Notes: generated by a model not told the origin, from the letters alone. A stretch of DNA of 64,000 bases from Candidatus Heimdallarchaeota archaeon (GCA_018238155.1 JABCTZ010000009.1:68669-132668), one strand, 5' to 3'; counted from the stretch's first letter, positions 41,788 through 49,955 are shown. Program-made: numbers and translations.

Positions 41788-42058
41788 ATGAGCTTAAAAT
41801 CTAATTGGTTTGAAATAAAGAATCATCTATCCGTGTTCAGAGAACGACTTGATCTTGTTGATCCCCGCTTTTTAACCAAATATACTAATATTTTTTTGCT
41901 TCTCGGTTCAAAAAAGCCATTCTTATTGATACTGGTGCGGGTCTTATCCAATTAGCCCTCTTGTTGAGATGATTATATCAAATATCTTGAATCAATCACT
42001 CCCTTCCTAAGAGGATTGGGAATTGTTAATAAAAAACGCATTTTTAAATCGAAATAAA
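41788..42058 (+). pseudogene. Metallo-beta-lactamase-fold hydrolase remnant
   Basis: MSLKSNWFEIK...RE...TNIFLLLGSK shifts frame in the A-run at 41910-41915 to AILIDTGAG, the MBL beta-strand/IDTG motif. Stop at 41970. The HxHxDH core is absent. Confidence 0.65.
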
Positions 42059-42080
42059 CAAAGATAAATAAAAGTAAAAT

Positions 42081-42108
42081 GAAGGGAAAAGGCTTTTCCT
42101 TTTCCTTC
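42081..42108 (-). terminator. Hairpin downstream of the DENN-Arf-7TM operon
   Basis: Imperfect inverted repeat gaagggaaaagg...ccttttccttc, just past the stop at 42116. Confidence 0.4.
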
Positions 42109-42115
42109 GTAGTAG

Positions 42116-43000
42116 TTACTTTTCAGAAACTTCTACGAATTGTTCACTCTTGTTTGATGAGGCTATTGGTACAATTTGAGGTGTTATCTCTTTGCTAAAT
42201 TGACTTGCAATCCAAGATTTCCCTCGAATTCTTCGCTTAAGCCAATCGGGCATAATCCAACCAAGATAACCCAGAACTACCCCTGATATGCTAAAGAAAA
42301 TTCGAAAATTCTGCAAGACTAATATTGCTATAATACTATCTTTAACAAATGGAAGTGCATTCAAGCTTATAACAAGTGTAGCTGAAGCTAATGATATTAC
42401 TGAAAGTAAGATGAAAGTAAATCCAAATTTAGTGAGTTTCTTTTCAAGTCCTCTTCTGATTCTAATTATTGCAATGATTATTCTAACATGAATCAAACTA
42501 AAAATAGCAATGATTATTCCAAAAGATAAAAGTGGTGTAGGTATGACAGCTGATAATTCTAGTATTTCATCATAATTTGCTACATGAAAGATAGGATTTT
42601 CTATTTGATGAACTATCTCTGAAGTGATAGCTCCAACAACAATGCTAATTAAAATAGATAAGGAAATAACTGTAAGTGATTTTACCAAATCACTGTCTTG
42701 AAGAATGTGCCTATTTGCAAAATAGTATAAGAATAACAGACCTACAATACCGAGTAACAAATATGCTTGTTGAAAGATTCCGGTAATAATTTTCTCATCA
42801 GAATGATTTATCATAATTAGCTTAGCTACTAATTGGAATATTCCAGCTAAATTGATTAAAAAATAACAAATTGCTAAAAGTATTGTTCCTATTGTTCTCT
42901 TTTTAAAGAATTGCCTGAATAATATGATTACAAAAATGAATGAAACAAAGATACTTATGCTCATATTAATAAGATAGTAGATAGTGTATCCATTTGCCAT
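42116..43000 (-). CDS. Seven-transmembrane protein (294 aa) with C-terminal GW.MPDWLKRR amphipathic helix
   Basis: ATG 43000 (MANGYTIYY) lies 4 nt after the Arf stop, with a GGAGG RBS inside the Arf 3' end. Seven hydrophobic segments; basic loops after TM1 and TM5. Confidence 0.75.
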   Translation of the reverse strand: MANGYTIYYLINMSISIFVSFIFVIILFRQFFKKRTIGTILLAICYFLINLAGIFQLVAKLIMINHSDEKIITGIFQQAYLLLGIVGLLFLYYFANRHILQDSDLVKSLTVISLSILISIVVGAITSEIVHQIENPIFHVANYDEILELSAVIPTPLLSFGIIIAIFSLIHVRIIIAIIRIRRGLEKKLTKFGFTFILLSVISLASATLVISLNALPFVKDSIIAILVLQNFRIFFSISGVVLGYLGWIMPDWLKRRIRGKSWIASQFSKEITPQIVPIASSNKSEQFVEVSEK

Positions 43001-43004
43001 TTTT

Positions 43005-43541
43005 CTAGACCTCCTGAATAACTTTGATATACCAATGGAATGCATCATATATGCCGATTCCTTCTTTAGCTGATGTTTCAAAGCAAGCCCATTTCATAGA
43101 GAGGTTTGGATTCGCTAAATCGAATTGCTTAATAAATTCCTCTCGAGCAAGTCTCCCCGGTAAATCTACTTTATTTAGTAAAAGAAGAACAGGAACATCT
43201 TCTCGAATTTGTGTTTTAAGAATTTTATAAAAGATTGTTTTTGCTTCTTCCATTCTAAAAGTGTCTGTGCTATCTACAACGAAAATTAATGCATCGGATT
43301 GCTCATTAATGCTTCCCCACATTGATCGAAAATCTTGTTGCCCTCCGAGGTCGAAAACACTCAATTGCAGTTTAGGGAGATCGATTGTTTCTCGATTTAT
43401 ACCCATTGTTGGTATTGTCTCTTGAAATTCACCATTGATGAGATAATGGATGATAGCTGTTTTTCCAGCACCATCTAATCCGCAAATTGAAAGGTTAACT
43501 CTTTTGGTGCGATTTTTAAAGAGTTTTATGAGAAATGACAT
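43005..43541 (-). CDS. Arf-family (Arf/Sar/Arl-related) small GTPase, 178 aa
   Basis: Amphipathic N-terminus MSFLIKLF, G1 GLDGAGKT, G2 TIPTMG, G3 FDLGGQ, FRSMW, FVVDSTD..R..EA, G4 NKVD, G5 TSAK. ATG 43541 follows AAGGAG. Confidence 0.95.
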   Translation of the reverse strand: MSFLIKLFKNRTKRVNLSICGLDGAGKTAIIHYLINGEFQETIPTMGINRETIDLPKLQLSVFDLGGQQDFRSMWGSINEQSDALIFVVDSTDTFRMEEAKTIFYKILKTQIREDVPVLLLLNKVDLPGRLAREEFIKQFDLANPNLSMKWACFETSAKEGIGIYDAFHWYIKVIQEV

Positions 43542-43554
43542 TTTGTTTACTCCT

Positions 43555-44055
43555 TCATTTCCACATTTCATCTGCAAGAGATTTAGCTGCTTTTTTCTTG
43601 CTATCCTCTTCTTTCTCTTCAGCAATATTCATTTCAATAGTCACTACAGAACTTATTTTGATTTTAATGTGCCCTTTATCTATTCCACTATAGAGATAAG
43701 GAAGAATCTTTTCAATTGTCTCTACAGAGATTGAGTTATTCTTCTTAAGTTCTTCAATTGTTGCTGTGAAAACTTTTCGAACAATGCTTGCATTGTAATC
43801 TGTTTGATCAAATACTGCTACTAAAGAGGCAATGTTGTCTCGTTCGGATTTTCTAGGTATCTTAAATACATACCCTGAGAGCGCACTGTTGCTACTTAGA
43901 GTGGTAGAAATAAAATCTCCTTCTTTTGCTCCGAGAGGCATACTCTTTATTGGAATTTCAAGAAGCATTTCCGGTGGTAAAACTTCGGGATAGGCTTTAA
44001 CCATTTCCAACCCTTTTTTTCCCATTGTTACTAAACAAAGGCTAATCGGTCTCAT
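43555..44055 (-). CDS. Stand-alone uDENN/longin-like domain protein (putative GTPase regulator)
   Basis: CLVTM.K.G.E....YP, KSMPLG...DFI, GYVF, ER...SLVAV match the pattern of uDENN/longin modules (DENND6/DENND11/AVL9 type) as I recall them. Confidence 0.6.
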   Translation of the reverse strand: MRPISLCLVTMGKKGLEMVKAYPEVLPPEMLLEIPIKSMPLGAKEGDFISTTLSSNSALSGYVFKIPRKSERDNIASLVAVFDQTDYNASIVRKVFTATIEELKKNNSISVETIEKILPYLYSGIDKGHIKIKISSVVTIEMNIAEEKEEDSKKKAAKSLADEMWK

Positions 44056-44262
44056 TTTTAATCTTTCTCCATCTATTTACAATAGTCTATTTTAAATTAA
44101 TATGTACTTAATTTTCTGCTTTAAAGCTAATGTTTTCGGCAAAAAAATGTTAAAATTCTCTTTATAAACGAAAATCGATTTATTGATTTGAAACTCATAG
44201 ATTTCTTGTATTAAAATATCTATTTATTCAATTCTAAAATGGTGGAGAATGGATGCAGAGCT

Positions 44263-45033
44263 TTAAGCTACCGGCACTTGGAATGTTTCTTCTGTAACCT
44301 CTGGTGTTGGTCCTACGATGAATCCCGTAAGCATTAAGCTTATACCGATTGCTGCCATTATAAATTCTAATCCATTGAGGCTTTGCGCATTTTTCCAATG
44401 TTCTGCAAGTACATTAGAAAGGATATTAGGTATCAGTGAGCCAATATGAATGCATAAACCCCAGATGAAAAGTTTTAGTGATTTTCTAGTAGTTTTATCT
44501 TCTGTTTGTTTGAATGCTCGTATGAAGAAGGAAATTGTAGATATGACAACAATAAGGCATATTGGATAAAATATTATCGTGAAGAGTGTTGATGTTTGAG
44601 TATCTGCTCCTCCTGTAGGCGCCTGCCTGATTGAGTACCATGGCTCTTCTGAACCCGTTAACCCAAATAAGAATCCCGCAACAATCCCAAGAATAATCAG
44701 ACCAGTAGTAACAATTGGCCATCTTAAAATAAATTGTATTCCATAATTAAATGCTAGCGAGCTTAAGGCTAGAAATACTACTCCCAAAAACAATGTAAAA
44801 GCATAAATTTTAGTTAGGAAGACCATTAGGTTGGGATTTGTTTCGTCAAAAATAAATGCACCAATAGGTAGGAAGAAATAGGCAATTGCAATGAAGAGGA
44901 AACTCATCGAGAATAACCAATTCAGCTTTTCCTTCGGATTTCTTTTTAATACTATGCAAGTAATTATCGTTGAAGAAATAACTGCTAAACCACCTACAAC
45001 CATACTTAGATAATTTACCCAACCAAGAGCCAT
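44263..45033 (-). CDS. Stand-alone seven-transmembrane sensor-like protein (HisKA_7TM-like)
   Basis: Seven hydrophobic helices. VLKRNP...N..F after TM1 and a basic TM5-TM6 loop. No kinase or output domain. Confidence 0.65.
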   Translation of the reverse strand: MALGWVNYLSMVVGGLAVISSTIITCIVLKRNPKEKLNWLFSMSFLFIAIAYFFLPIGAFIFDETNPNLMVFLTKIYAFTLFLGVVFLALSSLAFNYGIQFILRWPIVTTGLIILGIVAGFLFGLTGSEEPWYSIRQAPTGGADTQTSTLFTIIFYPICLIVVISTISFFIRAFKQTEDKTTRKSLKLFIWGLCIHIGSLIPNILSNVLAEHWKNAQSLNGLEFIMAAIGISLMLTGFIVGPTPEVTEETFQVPVA

Positions 45034-45114
45034 TTTGATTCCACCTAAAATAACAGTCTTGTATGGGTTTAAAGAATTTCTGCATAAAAATTCTTTAAAA
45101 TGTTTAATATTTGA

Positions 45115-45510
45115 CTATTTTTCGTCTGGGAGCTCAACTTGGATATTATTAATATAAATATCTCTTCCGCCACTAATTTTCGTCTTACTAGAGTGGCATT
45201 TTGGGCATTCAAAAATATTGGTCATATCAACAACAAAATGATCAACATCCTTTGATTGCTTTTCAATATCTCCACTATATTTGCACTCTTGACATTCAAT
45301 TTGCCCTTTCTGCTCTGAAATTACTACTTCTGCACCATGAGCAAGTGTTCCTTCGCTGGCAATTTCAAAAGCGAAAATTAGTTGCTCTGCATTGAGCATA
45401 GTAAACTCTCCTACAACAAGTTCAATTTTGTTAATTTTGATGGCATGGTGTTTTTTTGCAACATCGGTTACGGTGTCTACTACTCCTACAGCTGTGGAAA
45501 ATTCGTGCAA
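45115..45510 (-). CDS. hypA: Hydrogenase maturation nickel metallochaperone HypA
   Basis: MHE N-terminus (TTG start), VGE, F.FE, CQEC...CPKC, GGRD. Confidence 0.95.
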   Translation of the reverse strand: MHEFSTAVGVVDTVTDVAKKHHAIKINKIELVVGEFTMLNAEQLIFAFEIASEGTLAHGAEVVISEQKGQIECQECKYSGDIEKQSKDVDHFVVDMTNIFECPKCHSSKTKISGGRDIYINNIQVELPDEK

Positions 45511-45743
45511 TTGTTCTGTTCACCTTGTTCAGAATTTACTTTCAATTAAGTCATACAACCTTTGTTCCTTTCAAAAAGATGTCGATTTAGATGTTATAAT
45601 AGTAGATGAAAAAATCATTAGAAATCTTTTATTGCTAGAACGATTTCTTCTATTGTAGAGGTAGTTTTAAATAGAATAAATAAAAAGAATTGAATAATTT
45701 TAAATTTAAGAACTACTTTAAGAGTTTGTAGAGGGAAAGATCA

Positions 45744-46136
45744 TTGTCCAAAAGCACTAAATCCAAAAAAAGGCAATCACAAAGAAAAGATCTTAGAGTA
45801 GTTTATCCTGAATATTTCGATAAAAATCTAACAATGAGATTAGGTAGAAGAGTTCCCTTAAAATTAGCTTTTGATGAACCTGAAGCTAAACGAGTCGCTC
45901 TTGCAGCTCAAAAAGCAGGATATGAAGTATTCTTAGATTCTAACAAACATTATTCACGTACCTGGTACAATGGACGAGGGAGAGTCTTAATTGCCAAAAT
46001 GGGTTCAAAGGAAGAACAACTTAGAGAGATAGCTAGAAATCTACCAAAAGTTAATCTACCAAGACCTGCCAAAAAGAAAACTCCTAAGAAAAAGAAGCCA
46101 AAGAAAGGCTCAGTATATAGACAAAAAACAAAATAA
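45744..46136 (+). CDS. srp19: Signal recognition particle 19 kDa protein
   Basis: VYPEYFD...T...GRRVP..LA...P, K.YSR.W...GRV, Lys-rich tail. Confidence 0.92.
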   Translation: MSKSTKSKKRQSQRKDLRVVYPEYFDKNLTMRLGRRVPLKLAFDEPEAKRVALAAQKAGYEVFLDSNKHYSRTWYNGRGRVLIAKMGSKEEQLREIARNLPKVNLPRPAKKKTPKKKKPKKGSVYRQKTK

Positions 46137-46187
46137 TTACTAAACGAAGAAAGAACAATATTTTCTTTACATTTGGTTGGAACTGAA

Positions 46188-46511
46188 ATGAAAAAACTTG
46201 GAAAAGTTTCTGTAATTGCAAGAAATGGTAATCTTCTTGTCAAAACGAGTAAACCCTACAGAATTGGTACACCTGTTGTTGACCAACAGATTAAGAGGTT
46301 AGGAAAAATTGTTGATGTTATAGGTCCTGTCAGAGCTCCTTTTATTGTTGTGAATACAAAGGGAATAGGTAAACAGCTTAAAATTGGTGATGTTCTCTAC
46401 TTAATGGATAAACAACCACAAAGGTCAACCAGTAGTAAGAGATCAAAGAGACCTCCTCCTAAAAAATATCACAAAACATCTAGTAATCGGAAAAAACCTA
46501 CTAAGAGATAG
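46188..46511 (+). CDS. gar1: H/ACA RNP protein Gar1/Naf1 family
   Basis: MKKLG.V, P.IG..VVD, GKIVDVIGPV..PFI.V, GDVLY. Directly follows srp19. Confidence 0.88.
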   Translation: MKKLGKVSVIARNGNLLVKTSKPYRIGTPVVDQQIKRLGKIVDVIGPVRAPFIVVNTKGIGKQLKIGDVLYLMDKQPQRSTSSKRSKRPPPKKYHKTSSNRKKPTKR

Positions 46512-46560
46512 ACAGCAAAAGTCTTAGTAAAGAAAATCTTTTCTTATTTTTCTTTGTCAA

Positions 46561-46627
46561 GTCACATTTTGTGACCTCCAATTGAGTCTTCTTTTTGAGT
46601 TCCTATTAAGTGAATCCGTTTTAAATA
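46561..46627 (+). promoter_or_regulatory. Palindromic operator-like site plus TATA box upstream of the small peptide genes
   Basis: gtcaca-ttt-tgtgac (46561-46575); ttttaaata (46619-46627) about 50 nt before ATG 46675. Confidence 0.4.
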
Positions 46628-46674
46628 TCATACTCGGTGAATGTTAATTACGAATAAAACTTGGAGAACAAAAA

Positions 46675-46764
46675 ATGAACTTTAAAAAACAAAAAATCCA
46701 AAAACAAGTCAAAAAGGAAATTGAACAAATCAGAATACGAGTATGTCTTTTATCTGGTTGTTAA
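46675..46764 (+). CDS. Small basic peptide 1 (29 aa, MNFKKQKIQKQVKKEIEQIRIRVCLLSGC)
   Basis: TTGGAG RBS at 46661-46666; paralogous to the next ORF. Confidence 0.65.
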   Translation: MNFKKQKIQKQVKKEIEQIRIRVCLLSGC

Positions 46765-46801
46765 AATAATCTAATAAGAATAAACTGGAGGAAAAGAAAA
46801 A

Positions 46802-46888
46802 ATGATTAAAAAAACACAATTACAAAAACAAATTAACAAAGAAAAACAAAAAGCAAGAATGCAAATGGCATTAATAAATGGGCGATAG
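46802..46888 (+). CDS. Small basic peptide 2 (28 aa, MIKKTQLQKQINKEKQKARMQMALINGR)
   Basis: GGAGG RBS at 46787-46791; shares upstream gaataaa(a)ct(t)ggag and KK..[IL]QKQ[VI].KE....R....L..G with peptide 1. Confidence 0.65.
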   Translation: MIKKTQLQKQINKEKQKARMQMALINGR

Positions 46889-46965
46889 TCCTCTCTGCAA
46901 ACAAGAAATAAGTACTGTATCATGGATTGCGCTTAGAAAATTATTGCCACCTGTTCTTGCTTTTT
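46848..46965 (-). ncRNA. Long fold-back stem-loop (about 25 bp stem, 64-nt loop); candidate structured antisense or 3'UTR RNA
   Basis: Arms at 46848-46875 and 46940-46965. Two of the mismatches become G:U pairs only on the minus strand, where a U-rich tract follows. Confidence 0.4.
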
Positions 46966-47006
46966 TTATGCCGATTTTTTTCTACCTCTCTATTGAGAGA
47001 ATGTTA

Positions 47007-47975
47007 TTATTTCGCTTCTTCTGAAGCTGTTGTGCTTCCTTGCTTTGGCTTGAAATAAATTTCAACTAGCTGTTGAAAAATCATACTAAAAAGTATAAGC
47101 GCACAACCAATCCACTGGCGGACAAGGAGATTTTCCCCTGCAAAAATAAAAGCAAAGAATGCTCCAAAAACAGGTTCTGTAGCAAAAATTACTGCAACAT
47201 GTGTAGGTGAAGTTTTCTTTTGAGCAAATGTTTGGAGTCCAAGTATTAATGCTGTAGCAATAATTCCTGTGAAAAGGATAGCAAAAATCACTTGATTATT
47301 TGTTACTATTGGAAAAACTGGTACATTGAATATTGAGGGGGCGAATCCCATGAAAGCACATGTGATTCATGCAAGAATTGCTGTGACTCCTGTTTGGAAA
47401 ACCACAAGAGTAGTAAAGTGTGTTTTCTTTACAAATTTGTCAATAAAAATAATATGAAATGCATAAGCGAAAGTAGAAAAAATAATAAGCAAATCACCAA
47501 TAATAGCACTTAATTGGAATGTTGCCAAGTTTACTAAAGAAAGCAAACCGATACCTACTATTGCGACTAATATAGCTATCCAAGATAAGAAGTGCGGTTT
47601 TTTCTTCAACATTAAAGATGCAAATATCGGAATGAGGACGACATATAATCCTGTAATAAAGGCCGTTTTTCCGGGACCTGTACCAAGATCCATGCCAAAG
47701 GTTTGGAATGTATAACCTACAAATAGGAACGTACCAATGATTATTCCCCGAACAATATCTTCCCAATGGATGCGAAGAGTAAGTAATCGATAACCAAAAA
47801 CAAATAAAAGTACAACAAAAGCGATTGAAAATCGATAAGCGATGAATACCAGTACATTCATTGTTTTAACAGCTTGATCGACCATGAAGAAGGTCGAACC
47901 CCAAATTGCACTTATAATCAACAGAGCAAAATCTGCGAACAATCGATGATGTAAAGGAGTTTTCTCTTCAAACAT
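47007..47975 (-). pseudogene. EamA/DMT family transporter interrupted by an in-frame TGA (47367-47369)
   Basis: IWGSTF, RF, QTFG, AFITGL in the 5' part; Q..AQK.T, EPVFGA in the 3' part. Both ORFs share one frame: TAILA*ITCAFMGFA. Confidence 0.85.
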
Positions 47976-48393
47976 AACTGCACAGTTTAGAGTATTAACA
48001 TCCTTTTTTCAATTTTCCTTTAATAGATGTAAATTGAGTGGGTTGGAAAACTAAGTTGCACCTCTTGAAATGTAGAATAAAATTTCAAAAGAATCATTTC
48101 TTTGTACAATTCAAATATCCATCTATATTTGCCAAGGATGATTGCATCTTCTGAAGTGGAGATTAAGTCTTTCTACATCAAATAATGAACTACCTCTTTT
48201 GCTTGGGGATGTTTTTATATAATTTACTATTTTACTCTGTTTCAATCATTAATAGAAAATCATTCATTAAAATAAATGACAAAAAATAGACTTTCCATAG
48301 GAAAGAATAATCTTAAAAATAAGCACTAAGAAATTTGTATTATCACTAAACTTGATTTATAATTTATTCAATATTCATTATTGGAGTTAAAAC

Positions 48394-48717
48394 ATGTCCG
48401 AGGAAAAAGATTATTTCAAAGAATATATGGCTACTGTTGAAGGCACTGCTGAACCTGTTGTAAAGGGTGTACTACTATTTTTCTTAAGTAAGTTTGGAGA
48501 AAAACAGGTTGACGAAATGACAACTGTAATAGCACAACAAAAAATTTGCACTATTGAAGAAACAGAGAAATTACTAAAAACTAATTATTCAGTTGATGAT
48601 GAAACAACACGTCAAATCCTTCAGCTGATGCAAAGAAAATTCAAAGAAGCTATCTCTGCAAAAGAAAGTACAAGTGAAAAATTAGCTTTCATTCGTTCTA
48701 TTAAAAAGAAACACTAA
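48394..48717 (+). CDS. Hypothetical 107-aa helical protein
   Basis: ATG with TTGGAG RBS, protein-like composition, T-run after the stop. Confidence 0.7.
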   Translation: MSEEKDYFKEYMATVEGTAEPVVKGVLLFFLSKFGEKQVDEMTTVIAQQKICTIEETEKLLKTNYSVDDETTRQILQLMQRKFKEAISAKESTSEKLAFIRSIKKKH

Positions 48718-48848
48718 TTTTTTCATATATTTCGAGAAAGAATACATCAACAATTAATTGAGAATGTTCTTTTAAAACGAAAAAAATGAATAAACAAAGA
48801 GATGGGAATTTCTTCCCAATTCTATTTCTATAAACTATTTCCAATTTC

Positions 48849-49955
48849 TTATTCTTGTAGGTCTGTTTCTGGGAAAAGGTTGTTTTCTTTCAAATCTTTT
48901 CTCAGAGAAAATTCTGACCAAAAGATGTATTTGTATGAACGTATTGGTATTTCTTTCCCATTTAATCCGCTATCTATAAGAAAAAGCGTTTTCCATCCCT
49001 CTAAATCCTCTGGATTTTTAAAATTCATTTCATATTTTTTTTGTGCGAAATGTTTCACTATGCTCCAAATGATTAGACGTGCAGCAAAATCAGCATCTTT
49101 GTGTCTTGCAATTTCTATTATTGCTTGATGGCAATCTTTTCGTGATGCATAGCCCAAAATATGTTTCTTTGCTAAAGAGAGAATATCCATGAACTCGCTA
49201 TTTTCTATTATTTTTGGTTCATCTTTTAATTTGTTGAATTGATTCATAGTATTTAAGAAAAATGTTTTCAAATTACTTTGAGTTGTGTTTGCTTTTTTCG
49301 CTAAAAGTTTCCAACTGATGAGCTCATTTTCTGCCTGAAAGACTTCAAATAATTTCATCATTCTTTTGTAACCAAATCGTAGATTTATTTCAAGCATAAG
49401 TTCTTCTGTAATTGCTCTACCATTTTTTCTACAAATTGATCTGAATACTGCTAAGACAAATGCTCTTCTTTTTCTTGGCGTAATTCTTTTTGCTCTTTCT
49501 TTCACTATATTTTTCTCTACTTTTGGCATCATTCTCAAACAATAATCTTCAACTTCTAATACCAAAGCAGCCGGGAAGAAATCTCTCAATAAATCAAAAT
49601 CTTTGCTCAATTCGGTAGTATTTTTATCTTTTTTTCTAATATTTTCTAAAACACAGTAAAGACTTCTGCTGCTTCTCTCTTTCTTTAGTATTTTTTGTAA
49701 ATGATCTTTGGTAATATAGCTTCCAAGTTGGATTTTACTTTTGTATGGTCTTATTGTCTTGTCTACTCTTTCAAAGCTAACTAATTTTGCCTTTATTTCT
49801 CGATTGAAATTATTATTGTTATTATTTGAGGGGTGATTGATAATATCTCTTTTTGAAAAATCTATTCCAACTGATAATTTTCCTTGAGAGAAAGTTTCTG
49901 GTAGGTAATTAACTTTATTTTTAGCCATTTTTTTCACCTTTTTGTTTTCATCCAC
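48849..49955 (-). CDS. Hypothetical basic protein, possibly a divergent TFB/cyclin-fold protein
   Basis: LGSYI..., RKRRAFVLAVFRSICRKNGRAIT resembles the TFB first cyclin repeat (A..Y.ACR..G.PRT). No zinc ribbon. Confidence 0.4.
   Translation of the reverse strand: MDENKKVKKMAKNKVNYLPETFSQGKLSVGIDFSKRDIINHPSNNNNNNFNREIKAKLVSFERVDKTIRPYKSKIQLGSYITKDHLQKILKKERSSRSLYCVLENIRKKDKNTTELSKDFDLLRDFFPAALVLEVEDYCLRMMPKVEKNIVKERAKRITPRKRRAFVLAVFRSICRKNGRAITEELMLEINLRFGYKRMMKLFEVFQAENELISWKLLAKKANTTQSNLKTFFLNTMNQFNKLKDEPKIIENSEFMDILSLAKKHILGYASRKDCHQAIIEIARHKDADFAARLIIWSIVKHFAQKKYEMNFKNPEDLEGWKTLFLIDSGLNGKEIPIRSYKYIFWSEFSLRKDLKENNLFPETDLQE

Noticed and set aside
43542-43625. Extended N-termini from the ORF track for the GTPase (43625) and the 7TM protein (43081)
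   Set aside because: They overlap the upstream genes. Internal ATGs at 43541 and 43000 have RBS motifs and give proper N-termini.
46876-46939. SECIS-like AUGA...GA core inside the minus-strand hairpin downstream of the TGA-containing EamA
   Set aside because: Helix II is short and mismatched and there is no apical AA. The TGA lies in a TM helix of a transporter, where Trp is the expected residue.
48020-48200. Possible decayed minus-strand ORF in the EamA upstream region
   Set aside because: Its ATG is followed immediately by TAG and there is no recognisable motif.
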